Positions 27,724 to 37,418 of a stretch of 64,000 nucleotides of DNA are shown piece after piece (positions within the stretch are counted from its first letter, which is position 1; every line of letters begins with the position of its first letter). The DNA comes from a virus (lineage: Duplodnaviria; Caudoviricetes), in IMG/VR virus record IMGVR_UViG_3300047564_001818. The stretch is one strand, 5' to 3'. The notes under the pieces are model-generated. The model did not search any database, was not told where the DNA came from, and saw only the letters and a program-made list of their open reading frames with translations. A program made the translations under genes and the position numbers.

Positions 27724-28338
27724 TTATTCATATATAAATGTTACTCTTAAACCTTTACCCGGATTGGTACCACCGATTTGTGTAACATCAACAGTGAGAT
27801 AATCGTCTGCTGCTAATGTAAGATTTGGAGAGTTATTTTCAGTTTTTATAGTAGTTGCAGTTATTGTTATATTTACCGATGTTGTAACACCTGCTGATAC
27901 TTTATTCACACGCAGCAACAGATTGTTGCCTGTAGGTGCTTCGTCTACTCGAGCTATAATCTTTGTGATCGTAACACTTGCAGGCGCATACCATCTAGAT
28001 ATGCCATTGAGAACTCTTAGGTTGCCTTCCTGTATTAGGCTTAAAAATCTAGGAGCAGTACTACCACTGGTAGGCGCATCACCAAATTCTAGTCCATCTT
28101 CGGTAGCGTTTACAAGTACAATTTTTCCTGCTTGACTAGTATATTCGGCAGGGGTATCTGTTAATGCTGTAAAAACACTAGCACCACTAGCACCTGCACT
28201 ACCTGTATAACCTTGACTGCCAGTATATCCTAGTGTAAAGCCTGACGACTGCCAATAACTGCCATTCCAAGTCCATTGTCTATCGCCAAACGTATAGGTA
28301 TCGTTTGTTTGCGGTGCATTTGGAAAATCTATAGCCAT
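27724..28338 (-). CDS. short tail-fibre-related protein with GYTGS repeats
   Basis: MAIDFPNAP..TYTFGDRQWTW start, LTDTP motif; late box 28356-28362. Confidence 0.7.
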   Translation of the reverse strand: MAIDFPNAPQTNDTYTFGDRQWTWNGSYWQSSGFTLGYTGSQGYTGSAGASGASVFTALTDTPAEYTSQAGKIVLVNATEDGLEFGDAPTSGSTAPRFLSLIQEGNLRVLNGISRWYAPASVTITKIIARVDEAPTGNNLLLRVNKVSAGVTTSVNITITATTIKTENNSPNLTLAADDYLTVDVTQIGGTNPGKGLRVTFIYE

Positions 28339-28383
28339 GTGTCTACCTTTTTAGATATTTATTCTCAAAAAATTATCGTTTGA

Positions 28384-29952
28384 TTAGTACCAAATTTGTA
28401 CAGGACCTGATATTCCCGGCACTTGTATTGCTCTTGGATCATTTGAGTCAGTTAGAACAGCAAATCCTGCACTACCATCTGCATTGACAAAATATCCAAG
28501 TTCTTGATCGTCTCTAACACTGATGCTGATGTTAGTGGGCACAATTTTTATAAGATTGTATGTTAGATCATTCAGTGATGTCATTATGTCCTTGGAAGCA
28601 ATCTTTTGTTCTATGCTGTCTCTGTCTTGATAAACACTGATTGATGTTTCTTGTGGTACTACAGTTCTAAGTGAATTCAATGCTAAATTATTTTCAGTGT
28701 AAATTGTCTTTTCTGCTGTTGTAACAAGAATTTGCGGTTCATAAGAATTATAAATTACATCAGTATAAGGAGTAGTGGGATTAGACGTTGTAGAGGACGA
28801 TTCAAACCATTTGTACGTTCCGTAATATACTCCTTGATTAGTAGCAGAAGCAGTTTCATACGTTGTTCCATTCACACTAGTATTGAACAGTGTATTAGTT
28901 GTTGCGATACTAGAACTGTCGTCGTGAGTAAAAACACAATTAGTTATCGTCATGCCGGGGCCGCCGCTGTAGGGTGCAGTAGCATTTTCTGTTGTATAGA
29001 ACACGCATTGATCAATAGTAATTGGCATATTATTATTGTTGTCGTAATGTAGACTCCAATTGCCGTTGGCATTGGTTTCTCTAAATACACAATTTAAATA
29101 GGAACCTTTATTTCCTATAAGGTTACCTCTAAACATAGAAACTGCATAATTGTCAGTTCTACCGTTGTTATTACGTTCAATTATAGCGCCAATAACTTTT
29201 GAATTTGCATTAGTAAATTGTCCTATAGGAATATCTCTTTGTCCGCCATTGGCAGTCCAAACAAATCTAACCGCGCCTGGAGAACACAAGTAGGTTCTTT
29301 CATAACCCTTATCCCAAAAAAGTGTTTCTGTATAACCATCACCTGTTGATATACTAGTTGCTGTGTATACCCCTGCAGCAATAACCAGCATGACCGGAGT
29401 GGTAATATTTTCAATTTGTGAGTGTGCGTAATTATACGTTTGCCAAGCAGTTCCTTGACTTAACCCATTGTTAGTATCGCTGCCGTTTGCGGCATCTACG
29501 TATCTAATGTCATTAGTCCAGGTGTTTATAAGATTATTGTATGTAGGAGACAGATTTCCTAAATCAACAATAACAAAATCCAAAACAGTTTGCATACCAA
29601 AGTTTATTTCTGATGTGGTGCTATCACCCAACAGATCACTAACTACAGTCCCGGATCCAGATACAGATACAATTTTATTTGTGCTAAAAGACAGTGTTTG
29701 ATTTATTGTACTGTGTGTTTGAAGATTAATTTCACTGGTAACGTATGAAGGTACACTGTATTCAAAAAGGTTGTAATCTCCAAATACAGTTGTTTCAGTT
29801 TTTGCTCTAACAAAAGTCAAAGGCACAGTGCTATTTGTTATTACTGGTGTTTCAGTGCCTGTAAATTCAATAGGATAGTCTTCAACCGCTAGTTCTGCTC
29901 GATTGATTACAATCTGTTTTACAACTGCTACTACTTCTATGCCAGTAGACAT
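28384..29952 (-). CDS. virion protein with beta-helix domain
   Basis: YVDAANGSDTNNG...WQT motif, parallel beta repeats. Confidence 0.7.
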   Translation of the reverse strand: MSTGIEVVAVVKQIVINRAELAVEDYPIEFTGTETPVITNSTVPLTFVRAKTETTVFGDYNLFEYSVPSYVTSEINLQTHSTINQTLSFSTNKIVSVSGSGTVVSDLLGDSTTSEINFGMQTVLDFVIVDLGNLSPTYNNLINTWTNDIRYVDAANGSDTNNGLSQGTAWQTYNYAHSQIENITTPVMLVIAAGVYTATSISTGDGYTETLFWDKGYERTYLCSPGAVRFVWTANGGQRDIPIGQFTNANSKVIGAIIERNNNGRTDNYAVSMFRGNLIGNKGSYLNCVFRETNANGNWSLHYDNNNNMPITIDQCVFYTTENATAPYSGGPGMTITNCVFTHDDSSSIATTNTLFNTSVNGTTYETASATNQGVYYGTYKWFESSSTTSNPTTPYTDVIYNSYEPQILVTTAEKTIYTENNLALNSLRTVVPQETSISVYQDRDSIEQKIASKDIMTSLNDLTYNLIKIVPTNISISVRDDQELGYFVNADGSAGFAVLTDSNDPRAIQVPGISGPVQIWY

Positions 29953-29963
29953 TGCAGCATCCT

Positions 29964-31811
29964 TTAAATTTCAACGCTGGCTGTGATATTACTAAATCCT
30001 GCACCTGTAATAATAATATTCTGTTGTTTCTCAGCATTGGTAAGAGTGGTTATAGTTTTTACTGTAGTACTATCAGAGAAAGTCATACTACCGCCATTAA
30101 TAACCAGTTTTACATCAGCAGCAATTCTTGTTCCACTGGCATTATACGCACTAACGTTAATGTAACTGTTGATAGGAGTTCCTGCGTAGTCATAACTGCT
30201 GAGTTCAGGCGTAATCGTAATACTAACAGGCAGTGAAGGAGTAAGAATATGTAGCTCTGGACGATCTGCACTATAACTATCTGAACTTTGTACATACCAA
30301 ATTCTACCATCACTGTCTCTTCCACAAGCAGTAATCATTTTATTAATACTTACAGTTTCTTGCCAACCTGTGCTGTTATTCCAAGCATACACTTTAAAGG
30401 TGTTTTGGAAGAACATGCCCATCAATGTCTGTGTGTCATTTAAGAATACAACATTTTTAGGTGTTGAGGGCCAGGTGATTTTACTATGGTAAGTAAGTGC
30501 TTTTGGATTTGCTGCGTTAACAGCATATACAACACTGGTTCTAGGACCAGGTGTAGTTGGATACTGTTCTCTAGAATCTACGTTAAGGAACATTACATAT
30601 CTGTTGCCATCATTTACAAATGTGTGACACATCATATTTGAAGTTATAAAGGAAGAAGATGATGCCCAACTGTAAAGTGAACTCATGTCAGCGTGTACAC
30701 TGGACAGATCTCCAGTAACGGTTATGTCTGTTTCTCTACTAAATGTATCAGCTGTTTGGTCCCAAGTATACACTATAGGATGGAAATTTCTATTATTGTC
30801 AAAGTATGGCCAATACCAGCATTTTGTGGTTCCTGCAACTACTCTAGGATCAGTAAAGTGTGTGCTAGCACTAGCAGGGTAATTATTGCCGTTCATTCTG
30901 TTGCCGCCACTGCTAGTGCCGCCGGCACTGATAGCAGTTGCTATAGTGTACAACTGTGTAATTGTCGGTGTGGTTGTTTGCCATACAACTTTTTGTACAG
31001 TAGTTGCTACTGTACCTACTTGTCTGTTAACTACAAAATATAAAGGCGATCCGTCTAGTAGAGAATTTCCAATAAACTGTGCCTGCCAACCAGCAACCAA
31101 ATTGGTAGTGCTATGATAAGCTGTGGCCAAGCTAGAAGGATAAGTAGGGCCTACTGCTGTCCAAGCCATGTTTGGATTATAATATTGACTACCATCGGGT
31201 GCGCAACCAAATCCGTTTACTAGTTTGCTAACACTGTTTATGTTGACATAGTGTAGATTTCTAGAAGCATTGTTGACGGCAGTAGCATAACTAGGTGATG
31301 AAAAATTTGCATCGGATAATTTTTGGGAGTCGCCCAGTGCACCAGACGACACCCATGCTCTATAAACTGGGTTAGTAGCATTTTGAAGACCATAGGTTAA
31401 AAACAATGATTTACTGGTACCATCATCCAACAAGGTTAGATTTCCGCCATCTTCATAACTTCTATCTAACGTCCACCACATGTTATTATCTATCACAGGA
31501 TTAACACTAGTGTTTTGGTTGATAACGGGCTGGAATGGAGCAACGTGAGTGGTTTGTTTTTTTAGAAACAGTTGATCTTTTCTAAGGTTACCTATGTTTA
31601 TAGTTTGAGATAAATTATTATCCATTCCAGTAAAAGAACCAGGTCCTGCTGTGCCCAGTGCAGAAGTGTTTATCATTACATTAAACACTGGACTTAGACT
31701 GTCTTTATCATGTAGGTGACCGAAGAAATAAACTTCATTGCTGGTAACTCTAGGGTCTTCTAATAACACAGGATATCTCTCAATACCTTTGTAATCATAT
31801 ACTTTAGCCAT
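29964..31811 (-). CDS. putative virion structural protein
   Basis: 615 aa beta-rich. Confidence 0.65.
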   Translation of the reverse strand: MAKVYDYKGIERYPVLLEDPRVTSNEVYFFGHLHDKDSLSPVFNVMINTSALGTAGPGSFTGMDNNLSQTINIGNLRKDQLFLKKQTTHVAPFQPVINQNTSVNPVIDNNMWWTLDRSYEDGGNLTLLDDGTSKSLFLTYGLQNATNPVYRAWVSSGALGDSQKLSDANFSSPSYATAVNNASRNLHYVNINSVSKLVNGFGCAPDGSQYYNPNMAWTAVGPTYPSSLATAYHSTTNLVAGWQAQFIGNSLLDGSPLYFVVNRQVGTVATTVQKVVWQTTTPTITQLYTIATAISAGGTSSGGNRMNGNNYPASASTHFTDPRVVAGTTKCWYWPYFDNNRNFHPIVYTWDQTADTFSRETDITVTGDLSSVHADMSSLYSWASSSSFITSNMMCHTFVNDGNRYVMFLNVDSREQYPTTPGPRTSVVYAVNAANPKALTYHSKITWPSTPKNVVFLNDTQTLMGMFFQNTFKVYAWNNSTGWQETVSINKMITACGRDSDGRIWYVQSSDSYSADRPELHILTPSLPVSITITPELSSYDYAGTPINSYINVSAYNASGTRIAADVKLVINGGSMTFSDSTTVKTITTLTNAEKQQNIIITGAGFSNITASVEI

Positions 31812-32067
31812 TGTTTTCTCCTAGGTCTCCGTTTGCTTGTTTAAACCAAGCAATGCCTTCGTCAATTGTGTTCCACGCTATTCTAGCACCATCATCTGTA
31901 AAGTTCCAAGGTTGATCTACAACTTTGTATTCTGTAGACTCTATGGTTTCATATACAGCAAATACGCCGGTGGCCAGTTCTGCTCTGTAATCAGTTGACA
32001 CACGGGTTTCTACGGGATTTCCGTCACCATCTGCTTGAATCAACAATCTTGTGACTTGAAAAATCAT
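31804..32067 (-). CDS. hypothetical (tail region)
   Basis: 87 aa; late box 32089-32095. Confidence 0.6.
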   Translation of the reverse strand: MIFQVTRLLIQADGDGNPVETRVSTDYRAELATGVFAVYETIESTEYKVVDQPWNFTDDGARIAWNTIDEGIAWFKQANGDLGENNG

Positions 32068-32091
32068 TCACTATCTCCATTCTATATCTAT

Positions 32092-33921
32092 TTATGTATT
32101 TACATATTTAAACTGTAGGTATAAATCAGAACCTGGTTGAACCACAGTTCCCACTTGAACTAGATCTACAGTTATGTATTCACCTTCATTCATTGTTAAT
32201 ACTGTGCTGTCGTCGCCGGTAGTTGACGCAGTGTAAAGACCAACAGGTATTGTAAGTCCTGTTAATAACGTACCATTTTTAAGTATTTCTATTTCTACAT
32301 CGTCGTTTGCGTTTTCTAATACTCTAGCTGTAATTTTACTAAATTGTAAGTTGTAGGGCGCATACCATCTTTGTGTACCTGTAAATACTATTAGGTCTCC
32401 AGCTTGATAAAGATTGGACACTCCTACGTTGCCTTGACTACCTGTATAACCCGTAGGTCCTTGATAACCACTTGCACTGACTTCTACCCACTGTTGACTA
32501 TTTCCGTCGTCTACATAGATTGTTAACACACCTCTAATAGTGTCAAACCAAGTATCACCTATGTTAGGATTTAACGGCGCAGTAGATCCGATATAAAACT
32601 GTGCTCCGTTGCCGCTGCCACTGCCTCCGCTGCCAGTGTAACCTACAACTCTACCTAAATTCTGTTGTGAACTGTCGTCAAATGTAATAACTAATTCATT
32701 GTCTACGATTTCGGTAGATAAAATGCCTAGCCCTGCACTACCAGTATACCCAAATTCACCCTGTGAACCCGCAAAGCCCGTGTCACCTTGGCTACCAGTG
32801 TATCCTATGTCACCTTGACTACCAGTAAAGCCAACTGATCCATCGCCTCCGGCAGCACCTGCACTACCAGTGTATCCTATGTCACCTTGACTACCAGTAA
32901 AGCCAACTGATCCATCGCCTCCGGCAGCACCTGCACTACCAGTGTATCCTATGTCACCTTGTGATCCAGTATATCCTATGTCACCTTGGCTACCAGTAAA
33001 ACCAAGTTCGCCCTGTGAACCCACAAAGCCCGTGTCACCTTGTGATCCAGTAAATCCAGCACTACCGGTGTATCCTAAAAATGTAGGCAAGTTAGTTAGT
33101 TGACTGCCGTCTCCTACAAATCTATCTGCGTAAACTGAATTTGTTACCCTAATGTCATTGTCAACGGTTAGGTCTGCACGTAGTTCGACATTAGGAACAA
33201 ATACTATGCTACTGCTGTCACTGGTATTAATATCATTATCAAAGAATAAATCAATTCTGTCGTCTATGTCTTGTATGCTGGTAGCACCTTGCACAGTGCC
33301 TACAATAGTTTTGTTAAAGTTCCAAGTATCAGTAGCTGCATCATAGGCTATAGTTGCAGGTGTAGCAGGTCCTATTACGGTAATACCTGCTCCGTCACTG
33401 GTCGCCGCACTGGTGCTGTTCTTGGCCAGTTCGATATTTTTGTCTTCTACAGTAAGTGTAGTAGAGTTAATTGTAGTAGTCGATCCTAGTACAGTAAAAT
33501 TACCGTTAACAGTGAGATCGTTCTGTACTTCTAGATTGCTTTGTGCTATAATAGAATTAGCAATAACTATTGATGAGCTGTCTAATGATCTAATGTCGGA
33601 AGTTATTAAAGTAGGAATATTACCTACACTATCAATAGTTAGGTCACCTTCAATGATAGTAGAATTAGTTAAACGTATAGCTGTAGAGCCGTCGGCACTG
33701 TTGATTGAACCTAAAAATATATTACCAGTTACGTCAGCTCTTATACTGGGACTCCAGTATCTAGTTCCGTCTATGTCTGCAACAAGAATACTACCGTCCA
33801 CATTGGGAAGGCCTAGATCAGGTTCTGCATTGGCAAGATTAAGAAAACTGTTTCTGTCAGAATCTAGTTCTAAACCTACAAGTTTTTTTACCTTACCGCT
33901 GATTAATCTACTTTTACTCAT
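32092..33921 (-). CDS. tail fibre with collagen-like G(F/Y)TGSQG repeats
   Basis: Gly-X-Y repeats; C-terminal RWYAP domain paralogous to 27724..28338. Confidence 0.8.
   Translation of the reverse strand: MSKSRLISGKVKKLVGLELDSDRNSFLNLANAEPDLGLPNVDGSILVADIDGTRYWSPSIRADVTGNIFLGSINSADGSTAIRLTNSTIIEGDLTIDSVGNIPTLITSDIRSLDSSSIVIANSIIAQSNLEVQNDLTVNGNFTVLGSTTTINSTTLTVEDKNIELAKNSTSAATSDGAGITVIGPATPATIAYDAATDTWNFNKTIVGTVQGATSIQDIDDRIDLFFDNDINTSDSSSIVFVPNVELRADLTVDNDIRVTNSVYADRFVGDGSQLTNLPTFLGYTGSAGFTGSQGDTGFVGSQGELGFTGSQGDIGYTGSQGDIGYTGSAGAAGGDGSVGFTGSQGDIGYTGSAGAAGGDGSVGFTGSQGDIGYTGSQGDTGFAGSQGEFGYTGSAGLGILSTEIVDNELVITFDDSSQQNLGRVVGYTGSGGSGSGNGAQFYIGSTAPLNPNIGDTWFDTIRGVLTIYVDDGNSQQWVEVSASGYQGPTGYTGSQGNVGVSNLYQAGDLIVFTGTQRWYAPYNLQFSKITARVLENANDDVEIEILKNGTLLTGLTIPVGLYTASTTGDDSTVLTMNEGEYITVDLVQVGTVVQPGSDLYLQFKYVNT
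32792..32961. repeat. 72-bp tandem duplication (~2.4 copies) in collagen region
   Basis: CTACCAGTGTATCCTATGTCACCTTGACTACCAGTAAAGCC...CCTGCA repeated exactly. Confidence 0.85.
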
Positions 33922-34252
33922 TACTGGTCTCTAGTATACTCATTACCAAATTTACTGCACTGTTAACACTGACCACTGCTTTTACACTGGCACCTTCTTC
34001 AATGACCAACTTGCCTGTGGTTACTTCTGCTGCATCGTTAGGGGGAATTGTAAACTCTTTAAGCATAACGTAATCAGTATTGTTTTTTCTTAGGGTAAAA
34101 GTGATAGTCGCAGTATTTGCACTGATATTGCTGGCCTGAGCTCCTAAAACAATAGTAGTTATTCCAGTAGGAGTAGTGTAAATGGTTTGCTCAGATGTTG
34201 TTAATTCAAATGCTAGTGTTCTAAATAGGTTTAATGGTAACGCTACTGCCAT
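33914..34252 (-). CDS. small tail structural protein
   Basis: 112 aa beta-sandwich-like. Confidence 0.7.
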   Translation of the reverse strand: MAVALPLNLFRTLAFELTTSEQTIYTTPTGITTIVLGAQASNISANTATITFTLRKNNTDYVMLKEFTIPPNDAAEVTTGKLVIEEGASVKAVVSVNSAVNLVMSILETSNE

Positions 34253-34255
34253 TCT

Positions 34256-37200
34256 TTAATCTCCAATTGCCAGTATATAGGGTGTCATAACTGCAAATAA
34301 ACTCTTTGTAAATGTTCTACCACTAATAGTACCTGTGTTTCTATTAATTACCAAATCATTACCAATTCTAAAATCGCCTCTTTGATCAGTTCCTGTGTAG
34401 TAAACTCTACCTCCATTAACTTCAATAACTTGATTTTCGGTTATAGGAGTACCTCCTAAATAAGGCAGTGCTGTATTTACATTTGTTCCGGCACCGATCC
34501 ATTCAAAAGTGTGTCCGCTGCTGGTAATCAAACTAAACTGGTGGAAGGTAACATTTGCATTATCTAATATTGTGCCAAGTACAGATTCTTCCAGTGTAAT
34601 AGTGCTAGAATAAGCGTTTTCAATTAGATTAATAACTACATCAAACAGGCCGCCAACTCGAGTTGCTTCAGTGCTAGTAGCCGTAGGTAAACTAGTGTTT
34701 TGTGTTACACTGTTGTTGAGTGGTGTTACCGCTGTGTTAACAATACAAGATTGTGTTACGGACTTAATATAGTTGTAGGTATCGCTAGTAATCAGTCGTT
34801 GGGCGCCGGGTATTACTAGGTAACCACCTGAATAGTATTCATCTGCTGCGTCTGCGGTTTGACTGTTGCCGCCATACAGTACATCATAGGTTATTGCATC
34901 TACAATAAAGTTTATATCCGATCTACATTTTGTTGTGTTGTAGGTAAAGTTAACAAAGTTATCGTTGATATATGTAATAGTGTCTGCAATAATAGTGCTC
35001 TTATCTGTTGCTAATCTATTAGCTGCTGATTTAATTCCAGTTGCGACCCATGTTACAGTTGGATAAGTTACTGTGGCAGGTAATGCTGAGAGATTGTCTG
35101 CTGTGATTACATCTATAATAATCTGCACTAGACCTTCAACTTCGCTTTGTTCAGCTGTAGATCCTATAGGATTGTTTAGATCTTGGCCTGGATAGTTTTC
35201 TAATATGATCTGTCCTACTATTGACTGTAGTTCAGTAAATGCTGCCGCTGTAACAGCTTTTTGGTCTTGTGGTAATACACTTACTGCTCCGTCAAAATAT
35301 GCTCTTGCAGCCATTTGTGTTGCACTGTCACCGCCATACTGCACATCGTAGCTGATTGCATCTATAATATAGTTTAAGTCTCTAGCACACACTGCTTGAT
35401 CATAACTTAGACTAGGATAGTTTGCATTGATCCAATCAATAACTTCAGTAACTATAAAAGCTTTATTGGTTTGTAACTGCAATCTGCTGTTTGTACTTTC
35501 TGTGTCGCCATTGTCAGACCACGTAATAGTGTTTGCACTGGCTACACCATTCTTGATTATATCTACAACTTCGTCCCAGCTGATTATATTTCTATATTCT
35601 GCTACTGCATTGCCTTGCACGCTGTCGGCTGCTTCGTCTCTGGCAAATTCTAATGCACCTATAGTTTGTGGAAGCTGATCATTAATAACCAAACTGGCCA
35701 TTGCACGTCTATAGCTTAATCCATTGTAGACACTATTAAAGTTAGTACCAAGTTGTATATCATAGATAACACCGTCGATTATATAGCCCAAGTCTCTAGC
35801 ACAAGTTGTGCTGTCATAAGTGAAGTTTTCATAAGTTTGAGCAATATATGCGATACCTTCTTCGATTAAAAAGTTTTTGTTAGCCTGTAATATATCTTTT
35901 GCTTTTACTAGATTTTGATCAACACCAGCTGGACTTGCATAGGCTATGCTAGGTGCAACTCCTACACCATTTTCTAAAATATCGATTATAGTTGTTAAAT
36001 TTGTGTTAATACGTTGGTATTCAGGACCTTGTGAACTGTCGCTCGATATTAGATCTAAAACTTGTGTTTTTAGAAAATTTAAACTAGCAACTGTTTCAGT
36101 TTTTTGATTCGCAAGTAGATAAGCACTGCTTGCCCTATAATAGGCTTTGCCTGCCAATACACTTTTATAGTTGGTACTAAACATCATGTCATCTACAGCC
36201 GCGTCTATTACGAATCCAGCATCTCGAGTTGCTTTAAATTGATTAAATTCAAAGCTAGGATAAGTTTCATTGAGAAAGTCTATAACGTCTGTTTTTATTT
36301 TGTTTTTTGCATCTAACACAATCTGTCTAGTGTTTTTTGCATCTGCAGGTTCATTATTAAAGCTAGGATAAGTAATGTCTGTATTGCCGCTTTTTATTAC
36401 TGTTGCAGTTGCTACAGTATAGTAATTTTCATCACCTGCAAATCTTACAGCATCACCGATATTTGGTTTTGCTAATAGATTATCTAAGACAAATGTATTT
36501 CCATTAGTTGGACCTATTGTTTTTGCACTATATAACGGTGTGCTTACTCCGTCTGCTTTCAGCGCATAATTACCAAAACTGCTGTTACTGTTGGTCACAC
36601 TGCAAAAGCCGCCACTTTCACACAAAAAGCCAATGTCACAGCAGATAGTAAACACAGACACCAGCTGTGTATTACCTCTGTTGAGCATGTGGATGCCTAT
36701 ACCGCCTTGATTGTATTGTGTGAACGCATCTACCACCATACTCTTTAGGCCGTTTACATGGGCACCATCTACTCTCATACCTGTACCTGTGGTAGTCATG
36801 CTGGTGCAGTTTTGAACATATGGACTAGTATGAATCACTGTGCCTTGTGTGCTATCGCTTGGGAATGCAACTGCGGCTGCGGGTGCTTCATGATCCTTAA
36901 AGGTCATCTGTTCTAAATAAACACCATTAGTAACCCAAAAAAGATCCAGTGTTTTGTTAGCAGGTCTAACGGTAACTGTTCTTAGGTTATCGCCTACAAT
37001 AGCAACACCTTCTGGTACAACCAGTGGATTGTTTTCTGTATAGTCGCCGCTTTTAACAAAAATAGTTGTACCCTTTGTAGCAACACTTAATGCACTTTCA
37101 ATTGTGAGTTTGCTGCTTACTAAGTTACGTCCATCATAAGCGTCATTGCCGCTTTTACTTACATAGAGAACATTTTGTACAGCAATATTACCTGGACCAG

Positions 37201-37387
37201 TTGATCCTACACTTCCTGTAAATCCTCTTATACCGCCATAGGGCAAACTGTTCCAATTTTGTACGCCATTACCAATTTTGAACAGTTGGGTATCTGTTTC
37301 GAGACCCATTTCTGCTTCCGCAAGAATTGGATTGACACTTGCCCATTCAGATGCTGTACCTCGTCTAAATTGTATTTGTATTGCCAT
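34256..37387 (-). CDS. large tail/virion protein (Mtd-N-like start, beta-helix, repeated helical modules)
   Basis: MAIQIQFRRGTASEW; LYVSKSGND; repeated YDxxxCxRDLxYI..A..YD modules. Confidence 0.8.
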   Translation of the reverse strand: MAIQIQFRRGTASEWASVNPILAEAEMGLETDTQLFKIGNGVQNWNSLPYGGIRGFTGSVGSTGPGNIAVQNVLYVSKSGNDAYDGRNLVSSKLTIESALSVATKGTTIFVKSGDYTENNPLVVPEGVAIVGDNLRTVTVRPANKTLDLFWVTNGVYLEQMTFKDHEAPAAAVAFPSDSTQGTVIHTSPYVQNCTSMTTTGTGMRVDGAHVNGLKSMVVDAFTQYNQGGIGIHMLNRGNTQLVSVFTICCDIGFLCESGGFCSVTNSNSSFGNYALKADGVSTPLYSAKTIGPTNGNTFVLDNLLAKPNIGDAVRFAGDENYYTVATATVIKSGNTDITYPSFNNEPADAKNTRQIVLDAKNKIKTDVIDFLNETYPSFEFNQFKATRDAGFVIDAAVDDMMFSTNYKSVLAGKAYYRASSAYLLANQKTETVASLNFLKTQVLDLISSDSSQGPEYQRINTNLTTIIDILENGVGVAPSIAYASPAGVDQNLVKAKDILQANKNFLIEEGIAYIAQTYENFTYDSTTCARDLGYIIDGVIYDIQLGTNFNSVYNGLSYRRAMASLVINDQLPQTIGALEFARDEAADSVQGNAVAEYRNIISWDEVVDIIKNGVASANTITWSDNGDTESTNSRLQLQTNKAFIVTEVIDWINANYPSLSYDQAVCARDLNYIIDAISYDVQYGGDSATQMAARAYFDGAVSVLPQDQKAVTAAAFTELQSIVGQIILENYPGQDLNNPIGSTAEQSEVEGLVQIIIDVITADNLSALPATVTYPTVTWVATGIKSAANRLATDKSTIIADTITYINDNFVNFTYNTTKCRSDINFIVDAITYDVLYGGNSQTADAADEYYSGGYLVIPGAQRLITSDTYNYIKSVTQSCIVNTAVTPLNNSVTQNTSLPTATSTEATRVGGLFDVVINLIENAYSSTITLEESVLGTILDNANVTFHQFSLITSSGHTFEWIGAGTNVNTALPYLGGTPITENQVIEVNGGRVYYTGTDQRGDFRIGNDLVINRNTGTISGRTFTKSLFAVMTPYILAIGD

Positions 37388-37418
37388 ATTTGAATCTCTA
37401 CATATTTAATGTATTTAT